Translations under genes and position numbers: made by a program
Assembly (NCBI GenBank): GCA_035309945.1
Contig: DATGEQ010000035.1
Span: forward strand, 4,292 to 68,291
Source: Gemmatimonadales bacterium
Lineage (GTDB): Bacteria > Gemmatimonadota > Gemmatimonadetes > Gemmatimonadales > GWC2-71-9
Direction of reading: 5' to 3'
Length of the DNA: 64,000 nt
The notes under the pieces: generated by a model
The model's database searches: none
The model's input: only the letters and a program-made list of their open reading frames with translations
Told to the model about the DNA's origin: nothing
Part shown: positions 27,172 to 38,300 of the stretch, one piece after another
How the letters are laid out: every line of letters starts with the position of its first letter
How positions within the stretch are numbered: the stretch's first letter is position 1

Positions 27172-27215
27172 AAGGGGGGTCGGGACATGAAGAAGTCCCG
27201 ACCCCCTGTTGTTTT
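27172..27215 (+). terminator. Intrinsic terminator
   Basis: 12-bp stem GGGGGTCGGGAC/GTCCCGACCCCC followed by TGTTGTTTT. Confidence 0.75.
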
Positions 27216-27284
27216 CACGTAGCCTAGCCATCCGCGCGCACACTCGGGCATATTTATTTCCCCCCAGCTGGAGTGTAGCGCCCT

Positions 27285-29381
27285 ATGCGCGTGTACAAGA
27301 CGAACGAAATCCGCAATGTGGCCGTAGTCGGCCACGGCGCGAGCGGCAAGACCTCCCTGGTCGATGCGCTGGCGTTCGTGGCCGGAACGAGCAAACGGCA
27401 CGGCTCAGTCAAGGATGGCACCGCCCTCACCGATTACACCGCCGACGAAATCGAACGCAAGTACTCCATCAACCTGGCGCTGGCCGTGGCCGAGTGGATG
27501 GACACCAAGCTCAACCTGATCGACACCCCCGGATACCTGGACTTCACCGGCGACGCGCTCGCGGGCGTCTACGCGGCAGACTCCGCCGTCGTCGTGCTGT
27601 CCGCCACGTCCGGCGTCGAGGTCGGGACCGAGAAGGTGTGGGACTACTGCGAGCGTCGCGCGTTACCGCGCATGTTCTTCGTGTCGCTCATGGACAAGGA
27701 GCACGCCAACTTCGAGCGCGTCTTCAACCAGATCAAGGAGCAGCTCACGTCGAAGGTGATCCCGGTGGAGATTCCGGTCGGCGAAGGACTGGAGTTCCAC
27801 GGGATCATCAACCTGTTCTCGAAGCAGGCGCATCTCTACAAGAAGGGCACGAAGGCCGGCGAGTACGATGAGGTCGACGTCCCGGACGAATACAAAGACC
27901 GCTTCGACAAATACTCGCAGGAGCTGATCGAGAGTATCGCCGCGACCGACGACACGCTGCTCGAGCGCTACCTCGGCGGCGAGGAGATCGGTCGCGACGA
28001 GGCGATCGCCGCGATGAAGGCCGGCATGGCAAAGGGGGAGCTGTTCCCGCTGTTCTGTGGGGCCGCCGAGCTGACCTACGGCACGCGCGCGTTGCTGAAC
28101 AAGCTCGTCGAGCTCTGCCCGGCGCCGCAGGAGCGACCGGCGGTCGACGCACAGCGTTGGGGCAGCGCCGAACGGCTGACGCTCAAAGCCGACGACGCGG
28201 GCCCGCTCGTCGCCCAGGTTTTCAAGACCGTGTCGGAGCCGCATGTCGGCGACGTGACGTTGTTTCGTATCTATTCCGGTTCCGTCAAGAACGGCCAGGA
28301 CGTCTACAACGCGCCGCGCGACGCGAGCGAGAAACTGAATCACCTCTGCGTCGCCGTCGGCAAGGAACGGATCGAAGTGCCGGAGCTGCACTCCGGCGAC
28401 ATCGGCGTCGTCGCGAAGTTGCGCGATACGCACACCAACGACACCCTGTCGACCAAGGACAGGGGGCTGGTGCTTCCGAAGATTCCGTTCCCCGAGCCCG
28501 TGATCACCGTCGCCGTGGAAGTCAAACAGCGAGGCGAGGAGGACAAGCTCTCGACCGGGCTGCACAAGCTGCACGAGGAGGATCCCACCTTCCATCACGA
28601 GTACAACGGCGAGCTGGGCCAGACGCTGATCCGTGGCCTCGGCGAGCGGCATCTCGAGATCGTCGTGGGGCGGCTCGCGCGGAAATTCGGCGTGCACGCG
28701 CAGACCGCGAAGCCCAAGGTCGCCTACCGCGAGACCTTCCGCGGCAAAAATGAAGGCCAGGGCAAGCACAAGAAGCAGTCCGGCGGCCGGGGACAATACG
28801 GCGACTGCTGGATCCGCATCGCGCCGCTACCACGCGGCTCAGGCATGCAGTTCGTGGACGAGATCGTCGGCGGCGTGATTCCTCGCCAGTACATCCCGGC
28901 GGTCGAGCGCGGCGTGCAGGAAGCCGCAAGCAAGGGCCCCGTGGCGGGTTATCCGGTCGTGGATTTCAAGGTGGAGCTCTACGACGGCTCCTATCACGAC
29001 GTGGACTCGAACGAAATGTCGTTCAAGATGGCCGGCATTCTCGCGTTTCGAAACGTGAGCCCCGGCTGTCGGCCGGTGCTGCTCGAGCCGATCCAGGAAG
29101 TCGAGGTCTGGACGCCGGACGAATACCAGGGCGCCGTAATGGGTGACCTCTCGTCACGTCGCGGGCACATCGTCGGCACGGACAAAGACGGCAAGCTCAC
29201 CAAGATCAAGGCCATGGTGCCGGAGGCCGAGCTCGACCGTTACGCGACGACGCTGCATTCGCTGACGCACGGACGCGGGACGTACAAGATGAAGTTCCAT
29301 GTGTACCAGGACGCGCCGCCGGACGTCGCCGCGCGGGTGACGGAAGCGCGCAAGAAAGAGGTGGAAGAAGCGAAGGCCTGA
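27285..29381 (+). CDS. Elongation factor G paralog (EF-G2-like)
   Basis: Five-domain EF-G length. GHGASGKT, DTPGYLDF, KHKKQSGGRGQYG, DGSYHDVDSNE. Stands alone, not in an rpsL-rpsG-tuf operon. Confidence 0.92.
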   Translation: MRVYKTNEIRNVAVVGHGASGKTSLVDALAFVAGTSKRHGSVKDGTALTDYTADEIERKYSINLALAVAEWMDTKLNLIDTPGYLDFTGDALAGVYAADSAVVVLSATSGVEVGTEKVWDYCERRALPRMFFVSLMDKEHANFERVFNQIKEQLTSKVIPVEIPVGEGLEFHGIINLFSKQAHLYKKGTKAGEYDEVDVPDEYKDRFDKYSQELIESIAATDDTLLERYLGGEEIGRDEAIAAMKAGMAKGELFPLFCGAAELTYGTRALLNKLVELCPAPQERPAVDAQRWGSAERLTLKADDAGPLVAQVFKTVSEPHVGDVTLFRIYSGSVKNGQDVYNAPRDASEKLNHLCVAVGKERIEVPELHSGDIGVVAKLRDTHTNDTLSTKDRGLVLPKIPFPEPVITVAVEVKQRGEEDKLSTGLHKLHEEDPTFHHEYNGELGQTLIRGLGERHLEIVVGRLARKFGVHAQTAKPKVAYRETFRGKNEGQGKHKKQSGGRGQYGDCWIRIAPLPRGSGMQFVDEIVGGVIPRQYIPAVERGVQEAASKGPVAGYPVVDFKVELYDGSYHDVDSNEMSFKMAGILAFRNVSPGCRPVLLEPIQEVEVWTPDEYQGAVMGDLSSRRGHIVGTDKDGKLTKIKAMVPEAELDRYATTLHSLTHGRGTYKMKFHVYQDAPPDVAARVTEARKKEVEEAKA

Positions 29382-29387
29382 AAAGAG

Positions 29388-29423
29388 CGAGGCCCGGTCG
29401 CGATCGTCTGCGGCCGGGCCTCG
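29388..29423. terminator. Hairpin between convergent genes
   Basis: CGAGGCCCGG...CCGGGCCTCG 10-bp stem, flanked by AAAAG and TTCTTCTT. Confidence 0.65.
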
Positions 29424-29431
29424 AGTTCTTC

Positions 29432-30982
29432 TTACCGCGGAATTGATCTCACCACGAATACGTCGAAGTCAGGTCCCGTTTGCGGCGGAGAGTGTGGCGC
29501 GCCACCCACGACAGCCGGCGGCGCGACGCCACCCATCGGGATCGAAATGGCGCCGCCGCTGTAAGTGCCGCTCGCCACCGGATCGCCGAACCAGTTCTGC
29601 ACGTTGCGGATTTCATAAGGACCAGCGGGCAGGATCCCCGAGAGATCGACCGCGACATTCGCCATGTTGCCCCAGTTGTACACCACGATCACGGCACGCC
29701 CCGGATCGCGCGAGCTCGCCCGCACGAAGACTTGCGGGGTGCTCGGCGCGCCCGACGATGCCTGGTCGCTACTGCCCAGGCCGGTGTTCGCCTTCCAGGT
29801 CGCGAACGAGTAGTCCGTGCCGTTGTACGTCCAGCCCGACGCGGCGGGATCGCGGCGGTACGAATTGTTGGACCAGGAGTAGCCGCCCAGCGCCGTGTCT
29901 TCGACCTGAACGACGCGGCTCGAGCCGATCAACTGGTTGCCGCTGGCCGTCACCTGACTCCAGTAGCCCGTCGTCAACACGTATTGCCCGCCGACCGCGT
30001 AGTTGTTCTGCATCGTCACATCGGCGTTGGCGAACGTGCTGTAGCCGATCATCAGGTTGTTGATCCCGATTCCCGGCGACAGATACGTCATGTTGTTCAC
30101 CATCCGGGCCGCCGAGACGGGTTCTTCTCCACCGATCAGGATGTTGGCGGTCCCGGTGCTGTTGTACTGCGTCGCCAGTGAGCCGTTGTTAAACGCGACG
30201 TTCCCGTCGAGCGTCACGTTGATGAGCTCTCCGGCCCCAGAGTCCGTGTACTCGTGGATGCCGTACCCGAACTGATTGAACATGACATTGTCGCGGAGGA
30301 CGACGGGACCTGTCGCGCTCTTGATGTACAGCGCGTGGCCGCCGCCGCGGACGGAGGTCTGCCAGCCGTTGTTGTAGATGATGTTGCCGTTGAACTCGAC
30401 GTTCGACGCTGACGGGTAATTGTAGAAGCCGATGCCGCCGTCGTGGATCACGAGGTCGACGTACTTTGTGTTCGACGCGTCGTTGACCATCATGTTGGGG
30501 CGGGTCGTGGTGTAGCGGTTGGGATCCGAGCTCATCATCTCGAAGTCCCACCACTCCGTCCACTGGCCCTGGACCACAAAGGCGTCGCCACGAGAAGTCG
30601 TCGAGGTAGCGCCCGCGACGTCGATGGTGGCGCGTTCGCCCGGAAACTCGCGAAATACGATCGGATGTCCGGGCGTGCCGGCGACCGACGTATAGTATTG
30701 TCCGGTGTAGGTGCCGCCGTGCAGCCAAACGGTATCGCCGGGTTGAATGTGACCGGATGCGCCAGTCACCGCATATCCCAGCGACCACGGGTGGTCAGCG
30801 GAGCCGTCGTTGCTGGAGCTGCCGGCGGGCGAGACATGCCAGCCGGAATGCGAGAGCGGGGGGGCGGGCGGATTGGGATTCGTGATGTTTTTCTCGACCG
30901 TGCACGCCGAGAGCAAACCCCCGAGCACCACTCCTATGACGGCAAGACGTCTTGCAATCTTGTACGTGAAGGGCATGCTCAC
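29432..30982 (-). CDS. Right-handed parallel beta-helix lipoprotein (pectate lyase-like fold, function unknown)
   Basis: Lipobox LSAC. W.VSPAGS..NDGS..HPW, PGDTVWLHGGTY, repeated Asn-ladder strands. Confidence 0.8.
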   Translation of the reverse strand: MSMPFTYKIARRLAVIGVVLGGLLSACTVEKNITNPNPPAPPLSHSGWHVSPAGSSSNDGSADHPWSLGYAVTGASGHIQPGDTVWLHGGTYTGQYYTSVAGTPGHPIVFREFPGERATIDVAGATSTTSRGDAFVVQGQWTEWWDFEMMSSDPNRYTTTRPNMMVNDASNTKYVDLVIHDGGIGFYNYPSASNVEFNGNIIYNNGWQTSVRGGGHALYIKSATGPVVLRDNVMFNQFGYGIHEYTDSGAGELINVTLDGNVAFNNGSLATQYNSTGTANILIGGEEPVSAARMVNNMTYLSPGIGINNLMIGYSTFANADVTMQNNYAVGGQYVLTTGYWSQVTASGNQLIGSSRVVQVEDTALGGYSWSNNSYRRDPAASGWTYNGTDYSFATWKANTGLGSSDQASSGAPSTPQVFVRASSRDPGRAVIVVYNWGNMANVAVDLSGILPAGPYEIRNVQNWFGDPVASGTYSGGAISIPMGGVAPPAVVGGAPHSPPQTGPDFDVFVVRSIPR

Positions 30983-31177
30983 TCCTTTCGATTAATTCCG
31001 TGGAATTAGCATCCCCACCCTAATGGTCTAATTCTGGAGTAACAAGAGGATTAGCCCAAAGTCAGATGCGCAGGAATTGGAAATTTTTGCGAGTCGCAGG
31101 GAGCGCGTGTCGCGCGTCACCGGCGCAATGCTCACGCGAGTCGCCAGTGAGCGCGACGCGATCCATATTTCGCGCCG

Positions 31178-32533
31178 ATGCTAGCCCGCTGGGTGCGGCT
31201 GTGGTTTGGATTCCGCGATCCCGTGAATCGCGGCACGTACTTCCGCCACGGCGTGGGCCTGATGGCGCTCAAGTACGCGATCGACGCGGCTCTCATCTGG
31301 CGGTTCGCCGGCCGGGTCTGGACGCCGCTGACCTACCTGTCGCCGCTGCTGAGTGCGCGCACCGAGCTGCTGCGGAGCGCTCCGGCGTGGTTGTTGCCCC
31401 TGCTCGTCACTATCGCGCTGCCGTTCCTGTGGATCGGCGTGAGCATGACGATGCGGCGCGCAGTCGACGCGGGGTTCTCGCCGTGGGTCGCGCTGCTGTT
31501 CTTTCTCCCCGCGATCAACTACATCGTGATGCTGTGGCTTTCCGCGCTGCCGTCGCGCGGCGTGCCGTGGCCTGTCGAAGCCCCGTCACCGCTCGTGGAC
31601 GACCGCCTCGCGAGCGCGATGCTCGGTGTCGCGGCCGCGTTGGGCATCACGCTGCTCACCGTCGGCGTCGGCGTTTACCTGCGGCGCACCTACTCGGCGG
31701 GGCTGTTTCTCGGAGTGCCGTTCACGGTGGGATACATCAGCTCCTACATCTACAATCACGGCCACGACCGGCCGGCCGGTCAGTCGATCATCGTTGCACT
31801 GGCGAGCGTGAGCATCGCCGCCGGCGCACTCGTCATTTTTGCGCTCGAAGGTGCCGTGTGCACGGTCATGGCACTCCCGATTGCGCTGCTGATCGCCTTT
31901 CCGGGTGCGGTACTGGGGCGGATCGTCGCGCGGCGGGGCGTGCAGGCAGCGACCGGCGCCGGGTTCGCGCTCATCGTGCCGCTGTTCGTCGGCGTCGAGC
32001 CTCGTCCGGCACCGCCAGTACAGGAGGTCGTGACCGTCCTGGACATCGCGGCTGCGCCCGAAGTCGTGTGGCGGCGCGTCATCAGCTTCCCCGACCTCGC
32101 ACCGCCGACCGAGTTCCTGTTTCGCGCCGGCGTTGCAGCGCCACTGCGCGCGCGAATCGAGGGGCACGGCAGCGGCGCGACCCGCTACTGCGACTTCACG
32201 ACCGGCAGCTTCGTCGAGCCGATTACGGCTTGGGATGAGAACCGCCTCCTCGCGTTCGACATCGCCGCGCAGGCGCCGCCGATGAACGAGTTGAGTCCGT
32301 ATCCGAACGTGCATCCGCCCCATCTCGATGGATATTTCCGCGCCGTGCAGGGCGAGTTCAGATTGACCGTGCTGCCCGGCGGTCATACGCGCCTGGAAGG
32401 GCGCACGCAATACGTCGTCGACATGTTTCCGCAGGCGTATTGGACATTGCCCGCGCGCGCGATCGTGAGCGCGATCCATGCGCGAGTGCTGCACCACATT
32501 CAAACGCTGGCCGAGGAGGAAGGGCACCGATGA
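31178..32533 (+). CDS. DUF805-like membrane domain fused to a C-terminal SRPBCC/START-like domain
   Basis: N-terminal F.DPVNRGTYF and MRRAVDAG.SPW. About 8 TM segments. C-terminal TVLDIAAAPEVVWRRV...EPITAWDENR. Confidence 0.7.
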   Translation: MLARWVRLWFGFRDPVNRGTYFRHGVGLMALKYAIDAALIWRFAGRVWTPLTYLSPLLSARTELLRSAPAWLLPLLVTIALPFLWIGVSMTMRRAVDAGFSPWVALLFFLPAINYIVMLWLSALPSRGVPWPVEAPSPLVDDRLASAMLGVAAALGITLLTVGVGVYLRRTYSAGLFLGVPFTVGYISSYIYNHGHDRPAGQSIIVALASVSIAAGALVIFALEGAVCTVMALPIALLIAFPGAVLGRIVARRGVQAATGAGFALIVPLFVGVEPRPAPPVQEVVTVLDIAAAPEVVWRRVISFPDLAPPTEFLFRAGVAAPLRARIEGHGSGATRYCDFTTGSFVEPITAWDENRLLAFDIAAQAPPMNELSPYPNVHPPHLDGYFRAVQGEFRLTVLPGGHTRLEGRTQYVVDMFPQAYWTLPARAIVSAIHARVLHHIQTLAEEEGHR

Positions 32534-33420
32534 GCAAAAGAAGAGTTTGGGCGGTGGTGGCGATCGTCTGCGCGTGCAAGCCGGCGAGCAAGGCTCCGGC
32601 GAATGCGAGCGGGGCCAACCCGTTTCGCGTGGCGACGATCAACGGCTTCAAGACGCCCGAGTCCGTCAAATGGGATTCGGCACAGGACGTCTACTTCGTG
32701 TCGAACATCAACGGCAATCCCGCCGATAAGGACGGCAACGGCTACATCAGCCGCGTCAACCCGGATGGCACAGTGCGGGACAGCGTGTTCATCAAGGGAC
32801 TCGATGCTCCCAAAGGGCTGGCGTTGGTCCACGACACGCTGTGGGTAGCCGACATCGATCAGGTGCGCGCCTACAATGCACGCACCGGCGCGTCCGTCGC
32901 GACGCTCAAGGCTCCCGGCGCGGTGTTCCTCAACGACATCGACGCGGCGCCCGACGGCTCACTGTACATCACCGACACGGCGATCAAGTTCGGCGCGAAG
33001 GGCCCCGAGCACGTCGGCACAGACCGGATCTTCCGCATCGCGCCCGATCACAAAGTCACCGTAGCGGTCGCGAACGAAGCGCTGGGCCGGCCGAACGGCA
33101 TCACGTGGGATGCGGCCAACCAGCGCTTCGTCGTGGTACCGTTCGGGGGGGACACGCTCGTGGCTTGGAAGCCCGGCGACAAAAACGTGACGGCACTCGG
33201 CACGGGTCCGGGGCAGTTCGACGGCGTCGAAATCGTGCACGGCGCCATCGTTGTGTCGAGCTGGGCCGACTCCTCGGTCCATCGCTATGAGAACGGGCAA
33301 GGCACCACGATCATCAAAGGCGTACCGAGCCCGGCGGACATTGGCTATGACGCGAAGCGGAATCGCCTGCTGATTCCCATTTTCACCGGGAATCGTGTGG
33401 AGATTTGGCAGCTCCAGTAG
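32530..33420 (+). CDS. SMP-30/gluconolactonase-like beta-propeller lipoprotein
   Basis: GFKTPES, YFVSNING, FLNDI, PNGI, FDGV, SPADIGYD. Confidence 0.8.
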   Translation: MSKRRVWAVVAIVCACKPASKAPANASGANPFRVATINGFKTPESVKWDSAQDVYFVSNINGNPADKDGNGYISRVNPDGTVRDSVFIKGLDAPKGLALVHDTLWVADIDQVRAYNARTGASVATLKAPGAVFLNDIDAAPDGSLYITDTAIKFGAKGPEHVGTDRIFRIAPDHKVTVAVANEALGRPNGITWDAANQRFVVVPFGGDTLVAWKPGDKNVTALGTGPGQFDGVEIVHGAIVVSSWADSSVHRYENGQGTTIIKGVPSPADIGYDAKRNRLLIPIFTGNRVEIWQLQ

Positions 33421-34414
33421 GTTCTTGTTGAGTGAGACAATGAATTGTGCCGAGGCCCCAAACGAGGTCCACGGCGTGGATGCCGACGACGGAGCGATTG
33501 GGGAAACACTCCGCGAGAATGCCCAGGGCGATGCGGTCCTTCGGATCGTTGAATGTGGGCACGAGCACGGCGGCATTCGCGATGTAGAAGTTCGCGTAGC
33601 TCGCGGGCAGCCGAACGCCATCGAAGTACAGCGGGGCGGGCATCGGGAGATCGATGACTTCGATGCCCGCCCCTTTCAGTCGGTCGCGATTTTCGGCGAG
33701 CGGTTTGTAGTTCACGTCCTTCGGGTTGTCCTCGCGACAGAGCACCACCGTGTCGGACTTCACGAATCGGCACAGGTCATCGACGTGGCCGTGCGTGTCG
33801 TCACCGGCGATGCCTTTGCCGAGCCAGATGGTCCGCGTGACGCCTAAGACGTCCCGGAAGACGTTTTCGATCTCGTAACGCGACACACCCGGATTCCGGG
33901 TCTGCACCTGGGGATCGAGCAGGCACTCTTCGGTGGTGAGCAGCGCGCCGCCGCCGTTGACGTCGATGCTGCCGCCTTCGAGGACGATTTTCCCGTCAAT
34001 CAAGGGAAGCTGGAATCGCTTCGCGGCGCGCTCGGCGATGGCCGCGTCCTTTTTCCAGTCTTTGTATTTGGCCCAGGCGTTGAAGTGAAAACGCGCAATC
34101 GCCAGGGCTTTGGGGCTGCGGACAAAGATGGGCCCGAAGTCGCGCGTCCAGCCGCGATTGGTGGGGAAGCGCAAGAAATCCACGCGCGCGGTGTCGACGC
34201 CGACCCGGGCGAGCACGCGCGTAGCCTGCGCCTGATGTGCCGCTGAGTTGACGAGGATGCGGACGGTTTCGCCGGGGGAGAGCGCGCGGACGATTTCGCC
34301 GTAGATCCACGGTATCGGTGGGAATTTGCCCGGCCAGTCCGAGACGTTGTGCGGCCACCCGATCCAGGTGGCCGCATGCGGCTCCCACTCCGCCGGCATC
34401 CGGTATTCAGTCAA
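33383..34414 (-). CDS. aguA: Agmatine deiminase (PPAD family)
   Basis: RMPAEWEPH, WTRDFGP, LEGGSID, DDTHGHVDD, ASYANF, GTIHCLTQQ. Confidence 0.93.
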   Translation of the reverse strand: MTEYRMPAEWEPHAATWIGWPHNVSDWPGKFPPIPWIYGEIVRALSPGETVRILVNSAAHQAQATRVLARVGVDTARVDFLRFPTNRGWTRDFGPIFVRSPKALAIARFHFNAWAKYKDWKKDAAIAERAAKRFQLPLIDGKIVLEGGSIDVNGGGALLTTEECLLDPQVQTRNPGVSRYEIENVFRDVLGVTRTIWLGKGIAGDDTHGHVDDLCRFVKSDTVVLCREDNPKDVNYKPLAENRDRLKGAGIEVIDLPMPAPLYFDGVRLPASYANFYIANAAVLVPTFNDPKDRIALGILAECFPNRSVVGIHAVDLVWGLGTIHCLTQQEPTGAAKSPHDSR

Positions 34415-35307
34415 TCGGTCAGAAAACGATGCTGGATGTCTGCGTACGCATCCGTGCGACGGTCACGCAGAAACGGCCAGTTCCGGCGGACTTCCTCGAT
34501 GCGCGTCAGATCCACGTCCGCCAACACGAGCGCCTCATCCTCCCCAGCTTCGGCGACGACGATGCCGAACGGATCGCACACGAACGAGTGGCCCCAGAAC
34601 TCGATACCGGCTCCCTCTCCACCAAGCTGCTCGAAGCCGACCCGGTTGCCGGCGGCCACCCAGCAGCCGTTTGCGATCGCGTGACTGCGCTGGATCGTCT
34701 TCCAGGCGTCAAGCTGCTGTTCGCCGTACTTCTCTTTTTCCGCGGGATGCCAGCCGATCGCGGTCGGATACAGCAGGATGTTCGCGCCCTGCAGCGCGGT
34801 GAGACGCGCGCCTTCGGGATACCACTGATCCCAGCAGACCAGCGCGCCGATCGGGCCGACCTTCGTGTCGAACGCGCGAAACCCCAGATCGCCGGGCGTG
34901 AAGTAGAACTTTTCGTAATACGCGGGATCGTCGGGGATGTGCATCTTGCGGTAAATGCCCTTGACCTTGCCGTCGGCGTCGATGACCGCCGCCGTGTTGT
35001 GATAGAGGCCGGCAGCGCGTCGCTCGAACAGCGAGGCAATCACGACGACGCCGTTCTCTTTCGCGATCTTCCCCAGCGTTTCCGTCGTGGGCCCCGGCAC
35101 CGCCTCGGCCAAATCGAAGAGCGCGTGGTCCTCGCGCTGGCCGATGTAGTGGGTCCGAAACAGCTCAGGTAGGCAGACGAGTCCCGCTCCCGCCTTCGCG
35201 GCCTCGCGGACCCGCGCGACGGCCTTGCCGAGATTCGCCGCGGGGTCGTCGCTCATGCTCATCTGCACGAGCCCGATCTTGAATTTGGACGGCGGGGAGG
35301 CGGCCAT
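34411..35307 (-). CDS. aguB: N-carbamoylputrescine amidase (nitrilase family)
   Basis: LPELF, YRKMHIPDDP.YYEKFYF, VCWDQWYPE. Adjacent to aguA. Confidence 0.88.
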   Translation of the reverse strand: MAASPPSKFKIGLVQMSMSDDPAANLGKAVARVREAAKAGAGLVCLPELFRTHYIGQREDHALFDLAEAVPGPTTETLGKIAKENGVVVIASLFERRAAGLYHNTAAVIDADGKVKGIYRKMHIPDDPAYYEKFYFTPGDLGFRAFDTKVGPIGALVCWDQWYPEGARLTALQGANILLYPTAIGWHPAEKEKYGEQQLDAWKTIQRSHAIANGCWVAAGNRVGFEQLGGEGAGIEFWGHSFVCDPFGIVVAEAGEDEALVLADVDLTRIEEVRRNWPFLRDRRTDAYADIQHRFLTD

Positions 35308-35351
35308 TGCAGGGAACGGTACTACGATTCGTCACAGGCTGAAAGCACCCT

Positions 35352-38300
35352 TCAGGGTGTCGAAGTGATCGGAGCCGCAGCAGAACGTTCTTCGACCTCG
35401 GCCATTGCCGGCGGCGCGACCTTGCGAAACAGCGTCCGATAGGTCTCCCACTGCGCGAGAATGCGGCGCGCCCGCGCGCTGCCGGTCTTATGGAAGTGCT
35501 GCTGGATGAGTTTGCGCAGCACCCGTTCGTCCATGGTATTGAGTCCGGTCACGGCGACCATCTCGAGGTTGCAACGCGACTCGAGGGCGGCGCGCTCGTC
35601 GAGCACGTAGGCGATGCCGTTCGACATGCCGGCGGCGAAGTTGCGGCCGACGGCCCCCAGCACCACGACGATCCCGCCCGTCATGTACTCGCAGCAATGG
35701 TCGCCGGCGCCTTCCACGACGGCGACCGCGCCGGAGTTGCGGACGGCGAAGCGATCGCCGGCGCTGCCGGCGGCGAACAGACGTCCCGAGGTTGCGCCGT
35801 AGAGAGCCGTGTTCCCGAGCACGACGTGCGAGCTCCCGCCGTTGGCGTAGGCCGCGCCGCGGAACGGGCGGATCACGATCTCCCCGCCGCACAGTCCCTT
35901 GCCGACGTGGTCGTTCGCTTCTCCTTCGAGATGCAGGTGCATCCGGGGCAATGTGAACGCACCGAAGCTCTGCCCGGCGCTGCCTTTGAACCGCAGCTTG
36001 AGCGGCGTGCCCGGGCCGCCTCCGCCGTACAGACGCGCCAGCTCGCCCGCGATGCGTGCGCCGACCGTCAAATGATGATTCCCGATGTCGATCACGCGCG
36101 GTGCCGTGCCGCGATCTCGCCGCTCGAGCATTTCGGCGTCGAGCGAGACGAGACCAGGCCGGACGTTGCGGTCCACCATGCGGCGGCGCGGCTCGGCTCT
36201 GCTCGCCGCGGGCGTGAGAACCATGGAGAGATCGAGGAGGCCGGCGCGCGGCGCTTCCGGCCGATCGATGCGTTTGAGCAGCTCGACCCGGCCGATGAGA
36301 TCGTCCATGCGTCGCACGCCCAGCGAGGCCATGATGCGGCGAACGTCTTCCGCGATGTGCGTGAAGTATGCAATGACCTGCTCCGGCGTCCCGCGGAACT
36401 TGGCCCGGAGCTCGGGGCGCTGCGTCGCAATGCCGGTCGGGCAGGTGTTGAGGTGGCATTGGCGCGCCATGGCGCAGCCGAGCGCCACGACTGTCGCCGT
36501 CCCGAACCCGAACGATTCGGCACCGAACAATGCGGCGATGACGACATCGCGGCCCGTGCGCAGCCCGCCGTCGACGCGCACCTCGATGCGCTGCCGCAGC
36601 TTGTTGCGCATCAGAATCGCCTGCGTTTCCGCGAGGCCGAGCTCCCAGGGCGAGCCGGCATGCTTGATCGACGACAGCGGGGACGCGCCGGTGCCGCCGT
36701 TGTGGCCGGAAATCAGGACATAGTCGGCGTACGCTTTGGCGACGCCGGCCGCGACGGTGCCGACGCCCGCTTCGGCGACCAGTTTCACGCCGACCCGGGC
36801 CGCGGGATTGACCTGCTTCAGGTCGTGAATGAGCTGCGCGAGATCTTCGATCGAATAGATGTCGTGATGTGGCGGCGGCGAAATCAGGGGAATGCCGACC
36901 ACGGCATGCCGCAGCCGCGCGATGAGGTCGGTGACTTTGTGGCCGGGCAGCTGCCCGCCTTCTCCCGGTTTCGAGCCCTGCGCGATCTTGATCTCGAGCT
37001 CATCGGCGCGCACGAGGTACGCCGTCGTTACGCCGAAGCGGCCGGACGCGACCTGCTTGATCCGGTTGTCGGAGCGATCCACAGCGTCGATCGCGCTTGC
37101 GTACGTCGCGGGATCCTCGCCGCCTTCCCCCGAGTTCGACCGCGCGTGCATCCGGTTCATCGCGATGGCGAGCGTCGCGTGCGCTTCGGGCGACAAGGCG
37201 CCGAGTGACATGGCGCTCGAGATGAAGCGGCGGCGGATCTCCGCCGCAGGCTCGACCTCGTCGAGCGGCACCGGAGTCTGCTCCTGGAAGTCGAGCAGGT
37301 CGCGCGGGCCCGCGGGGGCGCGCGAGCGCGCGCGCTCGTCGAAGCCGGCGTACTCCCCATTTTGCAGGGCGCGAACGAGCGGCGGCGACCAGCCGTGGTC
37401 CTCGCCGTCGCGGCGGTAGCGTACCCGGCCGTGATCGGGAAGCGGTCCGCCGGCCGCCGTTTCGTGACGCTTCAGCACGTCTTCCGCGATTTCCCTGAAG
37501 CCAATGCCGCCGATGACGGAAGCGGTTCCAGTCATGCAGACATCGATGACTTCCTGACCCAGCCCGATCGCCTCGAAGATTTGCGCGCCGGCGTACGACT
37601 GCAGCGTCGAGATTCCCATCTTCGACAGGATCTTGAGCAGCCCCTTCTCGGCGGCGCTCCGGAATTTCTCGCTCGACCACTCGGCATCGCGCAGGCATTG
37701 CAGCGCCAACCATGGATGGACCGCCTCGGCGCCAAAACCGAACAGTGCGGCAAAGTGGTGAACATCCCATGCGTCGCCCGCCTCGGCGACGAGGCCGACG
37801 CGAATGCGCTGCCCGGCTTGCACGAGCCGCTGGTGCACGGCACCGATCGCGAGCAGCATCGGGATGGGCGCGCGCGTCTTGTCGGCGTCGCGATCGCTGA
37901 TCACGAGAATCGTAGCGCCGCCGCGCTGCCGCACGGCTTTTACCGCGTCGCGACTCAGCCGCTCGATCGCCCGCGCCAGCTCGGCGGGACCCGCGGCGGC
38001 TTCCCACAGGGCGCTCAGCGTGACGAGCTCGGCGCCGCCGAAGCGGCGGAGCGCCGCCATTTCCTCCGCGAGCAGCACCGGATGCTCGAGTCGCAACAAC
38101 GCCCGGCCGCCGGGGCGTTGCGCGAGCAGCGAACCGCGGCGGCCGAGATGCATGACGAGCGACATGACCAGCTCTTCGCGCAGCGGATCGATCGCGGGAT
38201 TCGTGACCTGGGCGAACCGCTGGCGCACGTACGAGTACAGGCTCTGCGGCAGCTTGGAGAGCGGCGCGATCGGCGTGTCGTCACCCATGCTCCAAATCGC

